Shown here: positions 22,314-32,963 of the stretch, one piece after another
How positions within the stretch are numbered: the stretch's first letter is position 1
Layout: each line of letters begins with the position of its first letter
NCBI GenBank assembly: GCA_001724265.1
Contig: MEDY01000308.1
Location: 1 to 37,177 of the forward strand
Length of the DNA: 37,177 nucleotides
Origin: Rhizaria sp. SCN 62-66
Lineage: Eukaryota
Direction: 5' to 3'
Program-made: the position numbers and the translations under genes
Notes under the pieces: generated by a model
The model's input: the letters and a program-made list of their open reading frames with translations, nothing else
Told to the model about the DNA's origin: nothing
Databases searched by the model: none

Positions 22314-22758
22314 TATCGCAACTCTTGTCAGTTGAACTAACATGAAGTTACATAGAATATATAATATATGATTACATATAATAAAAACTTGTTTTGACGC
22401 GAGGGGTGCTTGTTTTGATGACTTGTCGAACGCGTTGAAAGGTGGTTCAGGTGTGGGCTGCTTGGAGTGCAGTCAAAAATCTCGAGAGCGGAGACCACCT
22501 GCAAAAGAACATGGAAGCATGATACGCCCGATCGACAGTTTAAGATTTTTGTGATTGTTATAGACAGAATGTGTAAGAATTCACTATTTTCTTAATTTAA
22601 TATCTCACAATGTATCAAACATTCTGCGTACTGGTTTGTTTATCGCAGTCGACTTGCCCCGCTACGTAGTCTGTCTAGCCTTGTCTCTTCTGCGTTTCAG
22701 TCCCGTTCGATCTCGCCTCTGACTCTTAACTGGCACCCGCCCCTAGTTTTGCCGCAGC

Positions 22759-25700
22759 ATGGGCAATGCGATGGCGCCGGGCCAGGCGCCCGTGGGCCGG
22801 GACACGCTCTCGCAGCTGCTCGCCGCCGTTCCCTGGTGCGTCCCCAAATTCGACATGCTGTCTAAGGCGCGCTCCACGGGCCGCGTCATCAAGACCGTGC
22901 CGTGCTTCACCACGCCGGCCAACAAGACCGACGCCGAGAACTACGCCGCGTCGCTTTCAGAGGGCGGCTTCGCGCCGCGCCTGGGCGTGCTCCAGGGCCC
23001 GAACCCGGCCTCGGCGCACCTGTACTCGGCCTCGTCCACCGTCGCCGTCAAGGTCTTCGTCAAGCCCGCTGACACGCCCTTCTCGGCCGCGGCGCACATC
23101 GCGTCGCTGAACGAGCTCAACACCGCGCTGGCCTCGCTTGCGCTGCCGACCGTGGCCCCCTGGCAGGTGCTGAGCGAGGACTCGCGCGCCGTCATCGCCG
23201 TGCGCCAGTGGTTCCCGCAGACGCTCGCCGACTGGGCCTCGGCGCGTGTCACGCCGCGCCGCCGCACGGGCCAGGTCTGGGTGCTGTATCAGCTGCTGCA
23301 GACGCTCTCGCAGCTGCACCAGGTCGGCGTGTGCCACGGCTACCTGAGCGCCGACAACGTCATGGTGTCCTCCTGGGGCAGCGTCTTCGTCACCGACTTC
23401 GCGCTCTGGAAGCCCGCCACGGTGCCCACCTCGCACCCGATCGACTGCCACTGGTACTTCGGCGGCGACGCCACGCGCTGCGCGCTCGCCCCCGAACGCC
23501 TCACGTCCCCGCCCGCGGCCTCCCCCGCGGCCGCGGCCGCCGCCGCCGCGGCCGCCGCCCCGCGCTCACCGGGCCCTTCGCGCTGGTGGTCGCAACCGTG
23601 GTGTGCGGCGCTGCTGGGCGCGGAGCCCGTGCCGTGCCTCGTACGTGAGGCGCTCGCGGGGCTCCTGGCCTCCGCCGCACCCGCAGGCTCAGTGGTGCCC
23701 CCGCCGGCCACGCTCAACTCGAGCAGCAACAACAACAACAACATCGCGAACAACGCGACCGCCGCCGAGGCGACCGTGCTGAGCGACGGCGCGCCCTCGC
23801 GCGCGGACCTGTACGCCGCCGAGGCGCTCGCGGGCGGCTATCCCGCCGCCGTGGTCGCGGCGTCCTTCTTCGAGGCCATGTACCGCCTCGCCGGCACCGC
23901 CCCGCCCGGCATGCCCACCAAGTTCGCCTCTCGCTGCGGCTGCGGGCACAAGCACGCGCAGACCGCCGCGACTGCGGATAATGATGACAGCAACGACAGC
24001 TGCCCATGCCGCGCCCCCGGCCCCGGCGCCGCCAGCGGCTGCGGCCACCCCGACTGCGTGCCGGTGCCGGCGCAAGTGCCGTCGCAACCTCCCGCGCCGA
24101 CGGTGCTCGGCGGCAGCGACGGCCGCGTGCAGCCCGCCATGGACATCTTCTCGCTCGGCTGCGTCTGGCTCGAGGCCGCGTCGGCGGGCCGCGCGGTGGT
24201 GTCGCTGCCCACGGTCGTGCGGTACTTGGCCGACCCCGCCGCGCTGGCGCCACTCCTCGCGCGCGTGCAATGGCCCGTCGCGCGCGCCGTCGCTGCGCAC
24301 ATGCTGCAGCGCGACCCCTCGCTGCGGCTATCGGCGCAGCAGTACCTCGTCATGCTCACGCAGCTGCGCATGTTCCCCGCCGCGCTGCTGCCTGTTTCGC
24401 ACTTCTTCTCCGGGCTCTCGCTCGCCGGCGCGCACGCGTCGCCGGAGGCCAAGATCGGAATCCTGTCGCGCTTTCACAGGACGCTGCTCGCGCGCATCCT
24501 CGCGCCGCCCGCCCCCGCGCTCGCGAGCAATGGCGGCACGAGCACCACTGCTCAACAGCAGTCTCAGCAGAAGCAACAGCAGCAACAACAGACTGTCCCG
24601 GAGCAGGGTGTCGCGGCTTCTTCTCCGGCCGGCCCTGATGACAACGCTGACCCTGAGGCGACAAGCGGCTTGACTTCTGAGGACCCTTATGTGCGCCTGC
24701 CGGTCGTCGCCGCCGCAATGCGCGCCGCTGCCGCTGCTGCGTCTAATCCCAATGCGAACGCGGACAGTCTGGCGACAGCTGTAGTCCCTGCTGTCACCAC
24801 TGCAGAGTCTGCTACGCCCGCGACGACGGCCGTAGTGGCGGCGACGACGACCGTGGCCGCCGCGGCTGCTGCCGCGTCGGCTGCCTCTAGCGACACGGCG
24901 CCCCAGGGCGCGGCGACGGGGCGCGTGGTCAACGCCGTCGAGCTGCTGTTGGACCTGGCGCTCTCGTTCTTGCCGCACGTGGGCTCGGCCGTCGCGCGCG
25001 CCGCCGCGCTGCAGGTTATCTCTGCGCTCGCGCCACATGCCGACACCGACTACGTGCTCTTCACCGTCGTGCCCGCGCTGCTGCAACTCATCGACGCCGC
25101 GGCGGGCCCGCGCCCCGGCTCGACCCCGCCGCCCACGGCCACCGCGGCGGCGCCGCTCTCGGCGCAGTCGCTCGCCCACGCTATCTCAGCGCTCGTGGCC
25201 GTCATTGCGCCGCTACACTCGGCGCCCTCGCGCGCGCACCGGTCCGCGCTGCCGCACCTCATGGCGCTCGCCATCGCCGCGCTCTCGGTCGACGCGCTCG
25301 ACTGCGCGCGCGCGCTTAGCCCCGGCGCCGCCTCCTCCACGTCCGCTGCAGGGTCTAGCGCCGGCGCCGGCGGCGCGGGCCCCGGCGGCGCCCGGCGCGC
25401 GGCGCTGGTCGAATGCGCCGCGGTGCGCGCGCTGGCGCCGCTGGCCGAGACCGCGCGGCGGCTGCTCGAGGTTGCGGCGGACTCGGCACGCGCGGAGGCG
25501 GTGCACGTGGCGCAGCGCGCCGAGCAGCGCGGCCTGCTGCTCACACGCACCGGCGCTGCCATCTCGGTCGCCGAGGCCGAGTGCGTGCGCGCCGAGGCCG
25601 ACGCTGCCGCGCCCGGCTACGGGCTCGGGCTGGGGCTCGGGCTGCCCTACGCGGCCAACGCCGGCGCCGCGCCTCCCGGCGGCGGCGCGCACGCTGCCGG

Positions 25701-28700
25701 CGTGGCTGTGGCCGTGGTCCGCACGCGCGCGGGCGACGCCGTGGCGAGCGCGCCGTCGGCCTGGCTGGCCGAGGAGCTGGCCGCGCTGCAGCTCGCGCTC
25801 GCGCGCTCGGAGCAGTTCGTCGCCGACGCCGTGGGCACCGCGGTCAACGGCTGGCTCTCCACGGGCTCCGGGCTCGCGCAGGCCTTGTTGCTGCGCGACG
25901 CCGGCCGCCTCGCGCCGCTGCTCGGCACGCGCCGGCTCATGGAGCAGGTGCTGCCCCACGTTGTGCCCGTCTTCGCGGCGCCCGACGCGCGCGTGCGCGC
26001 CGCGCTTTTCGACGCGCTGCCAGCGCTGTGTCTGCCGCTGGGCCGCGCCGTCGCGTGCAGCTTCGTGCTGCCGGGCGCCGACGCCGGGCTCACGGACCCG
26101 TTCGAGACAGTCGTGGTGGCCGCCCTGCGTGCGCTGCTCGCGCTCACCGCCGCCGGCGCACTCGAGCCCCAGATGATGTTCCACTTCGCGCGCGGCGCCG
26201 CGCGGCTGCTGACCCAGCCCTCGGCGACCGTGCGCGCGGGCGCGTTGGCGCTCGTTGTCACCGCGGCCGCCGCGGCGGGCCCCGCGCGCGCGCTGCAGCA
26301 CCTCGCGCCCGAGGTGCGGCCGATGCTGCTGCTGCCGCACGGCGACGACGACTGGGATGGCGAGGAGGAGAAGGACGGCGCGACAGGGACGGAGCCGGAC
26401 CCGCGCACGCTCGAGGCCTGTCTGTTGATGCCGCTGCTGACGCGCGCGGACCTGGTTCCGCTGCTGCGCCCGCCGCTGACGCAGCAGCAGTGGGACGGGC
26501 TCGTCGCGCAGGCCTCCGCCGCGGGCGAGCGTGCGCAACAGCAGCAGGGCCCCGCGGGCGGCGAGCGCGTGCCGGGCGCGCTCGCAGTCGCCGGCGGGTC
26601 CCGCGTGTACGCGCGCGCGCTTTCGCGGCTCGCCATGCGCGTCGCGTCGTCAGAGCACTCGTGCGGCTCCGCGCGTCCGCCCGCGACGGCCGCCGTGCCC
26701 ACTGTTGCGCTCACGGCCGCGGGCCCGCTGGCGCTGGCGCTGACCGCCGGCGCCGGCGCCGGCACGGCCGTGGGCCTCGGCGGTAGCCTCCCCGCCGTGG
26801 GTCCCGCGGCCGCCGCGGGCGCGTGGGACCCGCCGTTGCCACCGCTGGTGCTGGCGCCGGCCGTCGCGCTTGCGCTCGCGCCGCTGCTGGCGCCCGCGCA
26901 GGTCCGCGGCGCCGCCGCCGCACTGCCCGTCGCTTGCATCGACTCCGACGAGAATCACTGCAACGCGAGCGCCTGCGCTGCGAACGCCGCTGACTCGAGC
27001 GTCGCCGTGGTGCCGGAGGTCGCGGGCGCGGACGAGCCCGTGCTCGCGCCCGTGGCCGTGCCCTCTTGGCTGCCGCACTACCTCTTCGCCGACGCGGCCC
27101 CCGGCGTGACCCTTTACGCCGTCGACACGGGCGCGACCGACCTCGCGCCCGCGCTGGCCCGCGGTGCCGGCCCGCTCCCCGCGGCTGAGACCGAAGGCGC
27201 GACCGGCACGCCGTACATGGGCGCCAACGCTGCCACGGCGGCCGCGGTCTCCGCAACGGCGGGCGCCGCGTACGCGGGGGCCATCGCCGCCGCAGACCGC
27301 GCTCTGGCTGCCAACACGACGGCCTCCGGCGCGAACGCCACCAACGCCGACGACGCCATGAAGCGCGCGCAGACACTGCTGGCGGCCGCGGGCGAGCACG
27401 CGCGCAGCGCCAAGGAGCTCACGGTTCTGGCCGCGACCGCCGTGGCCGCTTGCTCGGCCAACGTTGCCACAGTCGCCGCCGTCGAAGCCAGCGCGGGCGG
27501 CGCGGACGCGCCCGCCGTTGGGAGCGGCGGCGCCGGCGCCGGCAGCGGCGCGGGCGCAGGGCTGTCTGACCGCAGCGCGGCCTCCGCGGCCGCCGCGGGG
27601 CTGGTCACGGTTCACGCCGGCCCCGGCGGCAGCGGCGTGCCGGCCGACTTGCTGGTGCACGCGCGCCGGCTCTACGCCGCCACGGCGGCCGCGGCAGTCA
27701 AGACCGCGCCCACGGCGGCCGCGGCAGGCGGCAGCGCGGCGGCCGCGGCGACCGCGCGCGCGCTGACGACCGAGACGCTGTCGCGCGCGCTCGCCCTGGG
27801 CGACCCCGTGGCGCTGGTTGTCGCGGCCGCGCGCGGACTGGGCGCGTCGGGGCTGCGCGGCGCCGAGCTGCGCGACCGCGTGCGCGCGCTGCTCTGCGCG
27901 GCGCCGCGCCTGGTGCGCTCGCACGTGCTCTACCAGGGCGCCTTCGCCGACGCCGACGCCGCGGCGCTGCTCAACGGCACCGCGGGCGGCGCGGCCGGCG
28001 ACGCGTCGGCGCAGCAGGCGCAGGCGCAGGCGCTCGCGTCCGTCTCCAAGATGTCCGACGGCACGGCGCGCGCGCAGGCGCTCACGGCCACTGTCGCGTC
28101 GATGGCGTCGCAGACCCCCGCGCAGAGGCAGGGCGGCGGCGGCGGTGGCGGCGCGGACGGCGGCGGCAGCGGTGGCGGTGGCGCGGCCGCCGGCGGCGCT
28201 GGGGTCAGCACAGTGCGGTCGATCGACCTGCTCGTTGAGTCCGCGGCCATGACGCCGCGCGTGCGCGTGATCGCGCGCTCCGACCTGCCGGAGCACGTGC
28301 CGCGCGCGCTGCGGTTGCCGGCGCCGCTGCCTGAGGCCGCGGCCCGCCTCCCGCGCGCGCTCGCCCCGCTCAACACGTCGACGTCGTGCTCCTTCTACCG
28401 CAACACTAGCGCAGCGTCTCAGCCCCCGCTCAACGGGCTCGTCGCGCCCTCCGCGTCCGTTCCCGTCACGGTCTCCGCGACAGCCTCCGCCGCTGCGAGC
28501 GCGCTCGACGACGGGCTGCTGGGCGGCGACGATGGCGCTGTCGCGCTTAACACGGGCGCCGCCGTGCCGGCCGCGTCGCGTGCACCGCTGGTGTGGGAAG
28601 CGCGCCGCGCGCGCGGTGATCCGACGGACTGGTTGCCGCGCGGCGCGCTGCTGACGTCGTTCCGCGACCACGGCGCGCGCATCACGGGGCTTGCGGTCGC

Positions 28701-29997
28701 GTCAGACAGCACCTTCGTGGCCACGGGCTGCATGGACGGACAGGTGCGCGTGTTCGCCACGAACGAGTTCCGCAACGCGCCGCTCGTGGGCGCCAGCGGG
28801 AGCTTCGTGCACGCGCACTACGCGCCGCCCGTGACCGACACGGACCCGGCCGCGGGCGCGACGCCCGTCACCAGCCTCGCCGTCGGCTCCCGCACCCCGC
28901 TGCTCATCTCGGGCGGCGCCGACGGCTCCGTGGCCGTGGCCGCCGTCGCGGACGGGGCGTGTCGCGCCGTGGCGCGGCTGCAGACGGTCTACACGGCCGA
29001 CGCCGGCGCGGCGCCCGTGGTCGCGGTGGAGCATATGCCGTCAGTCAGTGCGTCGCTGGTGCTCGCGGCGTCGTCAACCGGCATCGTGCACGGCTGGGAC
29101 CTGCGCTCCGGCACGGCGGCCTTCACCGTTGGGGGCGACCCGTCGTGGGGCGCGTTATCCGCCATGGCCACCGGTCCCGGGCCGCACGCGCTCATCACCG
29201 GCTCGCACACGGGCCACATCGGCGTCTTCGACCTCAGGTTCCGCGTGCCCGTCGCGCTCTGGTCGCTGCCGCAGCGCAATCGCGTGCGCTGCCTCTACAC
29301 CGAGAACGCCGTCACGCTGCTGCCGACGCAGAACGGCCACGCGCTGCACTCGGCCGACAGCCCGCTGCTCGCGGTTGGCGCGGACGGCGCGGACGAGCTG
29401 TGCCTGTTCGACGTGCTGTCAGGCCAACTGCGCACCACCTTCCGCTCAGGCGCGGTCGCGGCGGGCGCGGCGCCGGTCACCAGCGCCGTCGCCGACGCCG
29501 CGCGCTGGCAGTGGGGCGCATACACAGCGGCGCTGCGCCCCGAGCACGCGCGGCTGTCCCGCCCGCTGTCGCTGCTGACGACGGCGAGCGCGACGGCGGC
29601 CGTGATCGCGGCCGCGCTCGAGGCTCAGGTCGTGGAGCCGTCGCGTCCGGCCTTCGTGTCGGGCTTCCTCTACTGCCCGGGCTCGCACGTCATCACCGCC
29701 GGCTCTGACCGCTGCGTGCGGCTGTGGAACCTCGCGGAGCCGATGGCGTCGTACCGCATCTGCAGCGGCACTATGCCGGGCCGCCTCGCCTTCTCCGCCT
29801 CGGTCGAGCACACCGAGACGCACTCGTTCGCCGCGCTCCAGGAGCTCGCGGAGGAGTCCGATAACGGCGCCGGTGGCAGCGGCGGCGTCAGGCATGTCAC
29901 GGCGCATACTAACGCCATCTCGCACCTGCGCGCGGTCGAGTTCCCCACGAAGTGCCTCGTCACTGCGGCGAACAAGCACGTCAAGGTTTGGGCTTAA
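22759..29997 (+). CDS. VPS15: VPS15/PIK3R4 (class III PI3K regulatory subunit): myristoylation motif, pseudokinase, HEAT repeats, WD40; 2412 aa with large low-complexity inserts
   Basis: MGN- N-terminus. Kinase-fold motifs VAVKVFVK, CHGYLSADNVMVSSWGSVFVTDFALWKP, ALAPERL, PAMDIFSLGCV, HMLQRDPSLRLSAQQYL. HEAT-like DARVRAALFD and GLTDPFETVVVAALRAL. WD40 entry WLPRGALLTSFRDH...ATGCMDGQVRVF and terminal VKVW. Confidence 0.92.
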   Translation: MGNAMAPGQAPVGRDTLSQLLAAVPWCVPKFDMLSKARSTGRVIKTVPCFTTPANKTDAENYAASLSEGGFAPRLGVLQGPNPASAHLYSASSTVAVKVFVKPADTPFSAAAHIASLNELNTALASLALPTVAPWQVLSEDSRAVIAVRQWFPQTLADWASARVTPRRRTGQVWVLYQLLQTLSQLHQVGVCHGYLSADNVMVSSWGSVFVTDFALWKPATVPTSHPIDCHWYFGGDATRCALAPERLTSPPAASPAAAAAAAAAAAPRSPGPSRWWSQPWCAALLGAEPVPCLVREALAGLLASAAPAGSVVPPPATLNSSSNNNNNIANNATAAEATVLSDGAPSRADLYAAEALAGGYPAAVVAASFFEAMYRLAGTAPPGMPTKFASRCGCGHKHAQTAATADNDDSNDSCPCRAPGPGAASGCGHPDCVPVPAQVPSQPPAPTVLGGSDGRVQPAMDIFSLGCVWLEAASAGRAVVSLPTVVRYLADPAALAPLLARVQWPVARAVAAHMLQRDPSLRLSAQQYLVMLTQLRMFPAALLPVSHFFSGLSLAGAHASPEAKIGILSRFHRTLLARILAPPAPALASNGGTSTTAQQQSQQKQQQQQQTVPEQGVAASSPAGPDDNADPEATSGLTSEDPYVRLPVVAAAMRAAAAAASNPNANADSLATAVVPAVTTAESATPATTAVVAATTTVAAAAAAASAASSDTAPQGAATGRVVNAVELLLDLALSFLPHVGSAVARAAALQVISALAPHADTDYVLFTVVPALLQLIDAAAGPRPGSTPPPTATAAAPLSAQSLAHAISALVAVIAPLHSAPSRAHRSALPHLMALAIAALSVDALDCARALSPGAASSTSAAGSSAGAGGAGPGGARRAALVECAAVRALAPLAETARRLLEVAADSARAEAVHVAQRAEQRGLLLTRTGAAISVAEAECVRAEADAAAPGYGLGLGLGLPYAANAGAAPPGGGAHAAGVAVAVVRTRAGDAVASAPSAWLAEELAALQLALARSEQFVADAVGTAVNGWLSTGSGLAQALLLRDAGRLAPLLGTRRLMEQVLPHVVPVFAAPDARVRAALFDALPALCLPLGRAVACSFVLPGADAGLTDPFETVVVAALRALLALTAAGALEPQMMFHFARGAARLLTQPSATVRAGALALVVTAAAAAGPARALQHLAPEVRPMLLLPHGDDDWDGEEEKDGATGTEPDPRTLEACLLMPLLTRADLVPLLRPPLTQQQWDGLVAQASAAGERAQQQQGPAGGERVPGALAVAGGSRVYARALSRLAMRVASSEHSCGSARPPATAAVPTVALTAAGPLALALTAGAGAGTAVGLGGSLPAVGPAAAAGAWDPPLPPLVLAPAVALALAPLLAPAQVRGAAAALPVACIDSDENHCNASACAANAADSSVAVVPEVAGADEPVLAPVAVPSWLPHYLFADAAPGVTLYAVDTGATDLAPALARGAGPLPAAETEGATGTPYMGANAATAAAVSATAGAAYAGAIAAADRALAANTTASGANATNADDAMKRAQTLLAAAGEHARSAKELTVLAATAVAACSANVATVAAVEASAGGADAPAVGSGGAGAGSGAGAGLSDRSAASAAAAGLVTVHAGPGGSGVPADLLVHARRLYAATAAAAVKTAPTAAAAGGSAAAAATARALTTETLSRALALGDPVALVVAAARGLGASGLRGAELRDRVRALLCAAPRLVRSHVLYQGAFADADAAALLNGTAGGAAGDASAQQAQAQALASVSKMSDGTARAQALTATVASMASQTPAQRQGGGGGGGADGGGSGGGGAAAGGAGVSTVRSIDLLVESAAMTPRVRVIARSDLPEHVPRALRLPAPLPEAAARLPRALAPLNTSTSCSFYRNTSAASQPPLNGLVAPSASVPVTVSATASAAASALDDGLLGGDDGAVALNTGAAVPAASRAPLVWEARRARGDPTDWLPRGALLTSFRDHGARITGLAVASDSTFVATGCMDGQVRVFATNEFRNAPLVGASGSFVHAHYAPPVTDTDPAAGATPVTSLAVGSRTPLLISGGADGSVAVAAVADGACRAVARLQTVYTADAGAAPVVAVEHMPSVSASLVLAASSTGIVHGWDLRSGTAAFTVGGDPSWGALSAMATGPGPHALITGSHTGHIGVFDLRFRVPVALWSLPQRNRVRCLYTENAVTLLPTQNGHALHSADSPLLAVGADGADELCLFDVLSGQLRTTFRSGAVAAGAAPVTSAVADAARWQWGAYTAALRPEHARLSRPLSLLTTASATAAVIAAALEAQVVEPSRPAFVSGFLYCPGSHVITAGSDRCVRLWNLAEPMASYRICSGTMPGRLAFSASVEHTETHSFAALQELAEESDNGAGGSGGVRHVTAHTNAISHLRAVEFPTKCLVTAANKHVKVWA

Positions 29998-30272
29998 TAA
30001 GTTTGCCGAAGAAAGATTTTATTTAGACTTTTAACATCAGGAAATACATTTGATCAGTATGATTATTAATTCATACACGTGAAAAAATGAATTTTAAAGA
30101 GGATATTTGAATGCTATATTCTGTATAGAAACTATTGTAATGCGCACCAGGATGGCTTCAGCCCGCAATTTGTTAAATCATTGGCCCATTATTCACAAGA
30201 TACAAACAATGAGAAGATTCAATCACCCATCAGCTTCAGCAGGCAGTGATTTTGGTTACTTGCTCAACCACG

Positions 30273-32963
30273 TCACTTGCCACCGACCTGCGATATCATT
30301 TTGTCAATGGCCTGCATTAACGGCTGGTTCCTGCAGCGCGCGCGAATGATCGACAGCGCCTCGGCGTCACGCTCCTTGAACGCGATGTCCGCGGCCTCCT
30401 TCCAGCGTTGAATGTTGCACAGCCACTCAATCTGCTCGTGCGGCTCCGGAAGCATCTGGATGTACTGCACCGCCTCGTGCGGCGCGTTGTTATCGATACA
30501 CGCCTCGATAAACGGAGTGAAGCCGATCGGTGGCGCGCGCTTGTTCGCGACAAGCTTGGCCAACGAGCCCCAGTGGCCGCGGCGCGCAAGCGTCTTGACC
30601 TCAATGTGCCAGAACCGGCGGTCGGGAACCTTGTAGTCCTGCTTGACCTTGAGCGCGCGGTCGCGCTGCGAGTCGGCCAGGAGCGCCTCGATCACGTCGG
30701 ACACGGACATGTCCACGAACTCAGGGCCGAGCGCGCGCTCGTCGTCGAGCAGACGCTTCTCGTCCTCGAGCAGCTGCGCAGGAAGCGGGTTCTGCGCGGC
30801 GTCGCGCTTGTAGAGCTCGAGCGCGTTCTTGAGCTTTTCCTGCCGCTTGCTGAGCGTGTTGCCCTCGTACGCCTGGATGACGGCGATGTTGCCGGCCTCG
30901 ACCGGCATCGCCTGCATGTAGTAGTAGTTCTTCAGCATCTCGAGGTCGTACTTGCGGCAGTGCGCGACAAAGAGGTTGCGCGCTAAAGGCTTGTCAGCGA
31001 GCATTTGAATCAAGTCCTTGAGCGCAAGCGTGTTCTTAAGCTGCATAAGCACTGACACAATAAGGTCCGTGTCACCGCTCTGCACGGCCTTGGCAAGCGC
31101 AACGTCGTCCTCGCGGATCGCCAGCAGCAGCGGCACCTGGTCCGAGGCGCGCGGCTCGAACTCGAGCAGCGCAGCCGCCAGCTGCCGCCGCATGAGCTTG
31201 CTCGCCGCGAGCGCCACCGGGCCGTACGAGAGGCCGGGGCAGAGCGCGAACTTAGAGACGATGGCGGCGGCGAGGTCGGCGTCGCGCACGATCGACGGCG
31301 CGGCGGCGATCTTGGCCTTGGCCCAGTGCACCAGCACGCGCGCCGGCGAAGCGCGCATGTACTGCGAGACGCGGAAGGCGAGCAAGTGCTGGTGCTGCGC
31401 CACGAGGCGGTCGACGAGGCGGTCGACGCCGAGCGTCTCGTACTGCTCCGAGGTCAGCGCCATGCCCGCCGCGGCCGTGCGCACGCTGTTGATAACGCGG
31501 AGCGCACGGCATGTGTCGACGACTCTGTCGACGGCGACAGCGTCCTCGCCCGCGTCGTCATCGCCCAGGTCGTCGATGCCCGAGCAGGAGAGACGGCCGA
31601 AGCTAGCGGCGGCCAGCAACTGCGTCTGCGTCGCCGGGTTCAGCTCGTGCAGCGCGGCGTCCAAGCACGTCGTGACAGCCTCGGGCAGCGTGTTGTGCAG
31701 AATAAGATCTCGCACCACGTCGTCGGCCTGCGCGCTGCCGTTGTCGAACGCGGCCTTAGCCTCGAACAGCAGCGCGGAGGGCGCCGTGTCCGACTGCGGC
31801 GCGCTGGGCTGGCGAGCGGCGAGTGTGAGCACCACCGAGTCGGGCACGCGCTGGACGAACTCGCACGCGGACTCGGACACGACGCGGAGGCCATCGCACT
31901 CGCTGGCAAGCACGAGCGGGGATGAGAATGTGTAGGAGACGAATGTCTCGCGCGGGCCGGCTAGCAGCACGAGCGAGCGCGGCTGGTCCCAGAAGAGCGC
32001 GGGCACGTCGTTACCGCACCACAGCATCTTCGCGGGGGGCTTCTGCGCCATGGTGTTAAAGCGGAACATGAGCCCGCGCACGGCGCCAGAGCCCGGGATG
32101 AGGGAGATGACCTCGACGGTGCCGCCAGCGAAGAGGGCCAGCGAGGACCCGTGGGGAGATACGCACAGGTGCGTCACCTTGAGGGCCTCGCGCTTGCCGT
32201 CGCCGCCCGCAGCCGCGTTGGGAACGCTGGAGATGTCGAACTCGACGACCTGGCGCTGAGGCTGCGGCTGGTTGGCGTCGACGGTGACGACGGAGCCGCG
32301 CGCGGTGCCCAGGAACACGACGGGGAGCTTGGTGTTGACGGCCCCGGGGCGCGAGCTGGCCGATGACAGCACGGCGGGCGGGATCACAGCCATCGACGTC
32401 GCCGCGGCCTTGAGCGCGGGGTCCGGCAGGCGGGTCACCACGGGGTCGGTGAACGACGTCACGCACTCGAGGATGCCGCGCGTGCCAGAGCGGACGACGA
32501 GGCCGTTGCCGAATATGCAGACCTCGGCGACGCCTTCAGTGCGGCAGGCCTCGCCGAGGCGGAACTCGTCCGTCTTGGCGCCGTGGATCGAATAGAGCAG
32601 GACGAGCCCGTCGTCGAGCACGCAGACGAGGCGCTCGTCGTCGCTCCACCCGACGGCGACGAGTCCGCGGTGCGGCCACAGGAACTGGGAGAGCAGCTGT
32701 CCAGAGGAGGAAAACACGCGCATACGCGTCTCACCAAGGCCCATGCGCACGGACTGGACAAGACGGTCGTCGCGGATCAGCGCGATAGGTCCACCCAAAG
32801 GTGCGGCAGCGACGAAGCTGCCGTCAAGGGAGAACTCGCCGACCTGCAGACCGGGTACGGTTTGCGGCCAGGTCGTTGGGAAGACGGGGTATTTGCGGTA
32901 GTAGTGGTCACCGAAACGGTCCCAGTCGGCAGCAGCCGCGGAAACGGATGCCTTGGTTGCCAT
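30273..32963 (-). CDS. VPS16: VPS16 (HOPS/CORVET core subunit), 896 aa, apparently intronless
   Basis: ADWDRFGDHYYRKY, VAAAPLGGPIALIRD, ECDGLRV, LLAAASFG, VLVHWA, QVPLLL, ALAKAVQSGDTDL, VPDRRFWHIEVKTLA and PPIGFTPFIEAC all match conserved Vps16 motifs. Confidence 0.95.
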   Translation of the reverse strand: MATKASVSAAAADWDRFGDHYYRKYPVFPTTWPQTVPGLQVGEFSLDGSFVAAAPLGGPIALIRDDRLVQSVRMGLGETRMRVFSSSGQLLSQFLWPHRGLVAVGWSDDERLVCVLDDGLVLLYSIHGAKTDEFRLGEACRTEGVAEVCIFGNGLVVRSGTRGILECVTSFTDPVVTRLPDPALKAAATSMAVIPPAVLSSASSRPGAVNTKLPVVFLGTARGSVVTVDANQPQPQRQVVEFDISSVPNAAAGGDGKREALKVTHLCVSPHGSSLALFAGGTVEVISLIPGSGAVRGLMFRFNTMAQKPPAKMLWCGNDVPALFWDQPRSLVLLAGPRETFVSYTFSSPLVLASECDGLRVVSESACEFVQRVPDSVVLTLAARQPSAPQSDTAPSALLFEAKAAFDNGSAQADDVVRDLILHNTLPEAVTTCLDAALHELNPATQTQLLAAASFGRLSCSGIDDLGDDDAGEDAVAVDRVVDTCRALRVINSVRTAAAGMALTSEQYETLGVDRLVDRLVAQHQHLLAFRVSQYMRASPARVLVHWAKAKIAAAPSIVRDADLAAAIVSKFALCPGLSYGPVALAASKLMRRQLAAALLEFEPRASDQVPLLLAIREDDVALAKAVQSGDTDLIVSVLMQLKNTLALKDLIQMLADKPLARNLFVAHCRKYDLEMLKNYYYMQAMPVEAGNIAVIQAYEGNTLSKRQEKLKNALELYKRDAAQNPLPAQLLEDEKRLLDDERALGPEFVDMSVSDVIEALLADSQRDRALKVKQDYKVPDRRFWHIEVKTLARRGHWGSLAKLVANKRAPPIGFTPFIEACIDNNAPHEAVQYIQMLPEPHEQIEWLCNIQRWKEAADIAFKERDAEALSIIRARCRNQPLMQAIDKMISQVGGK

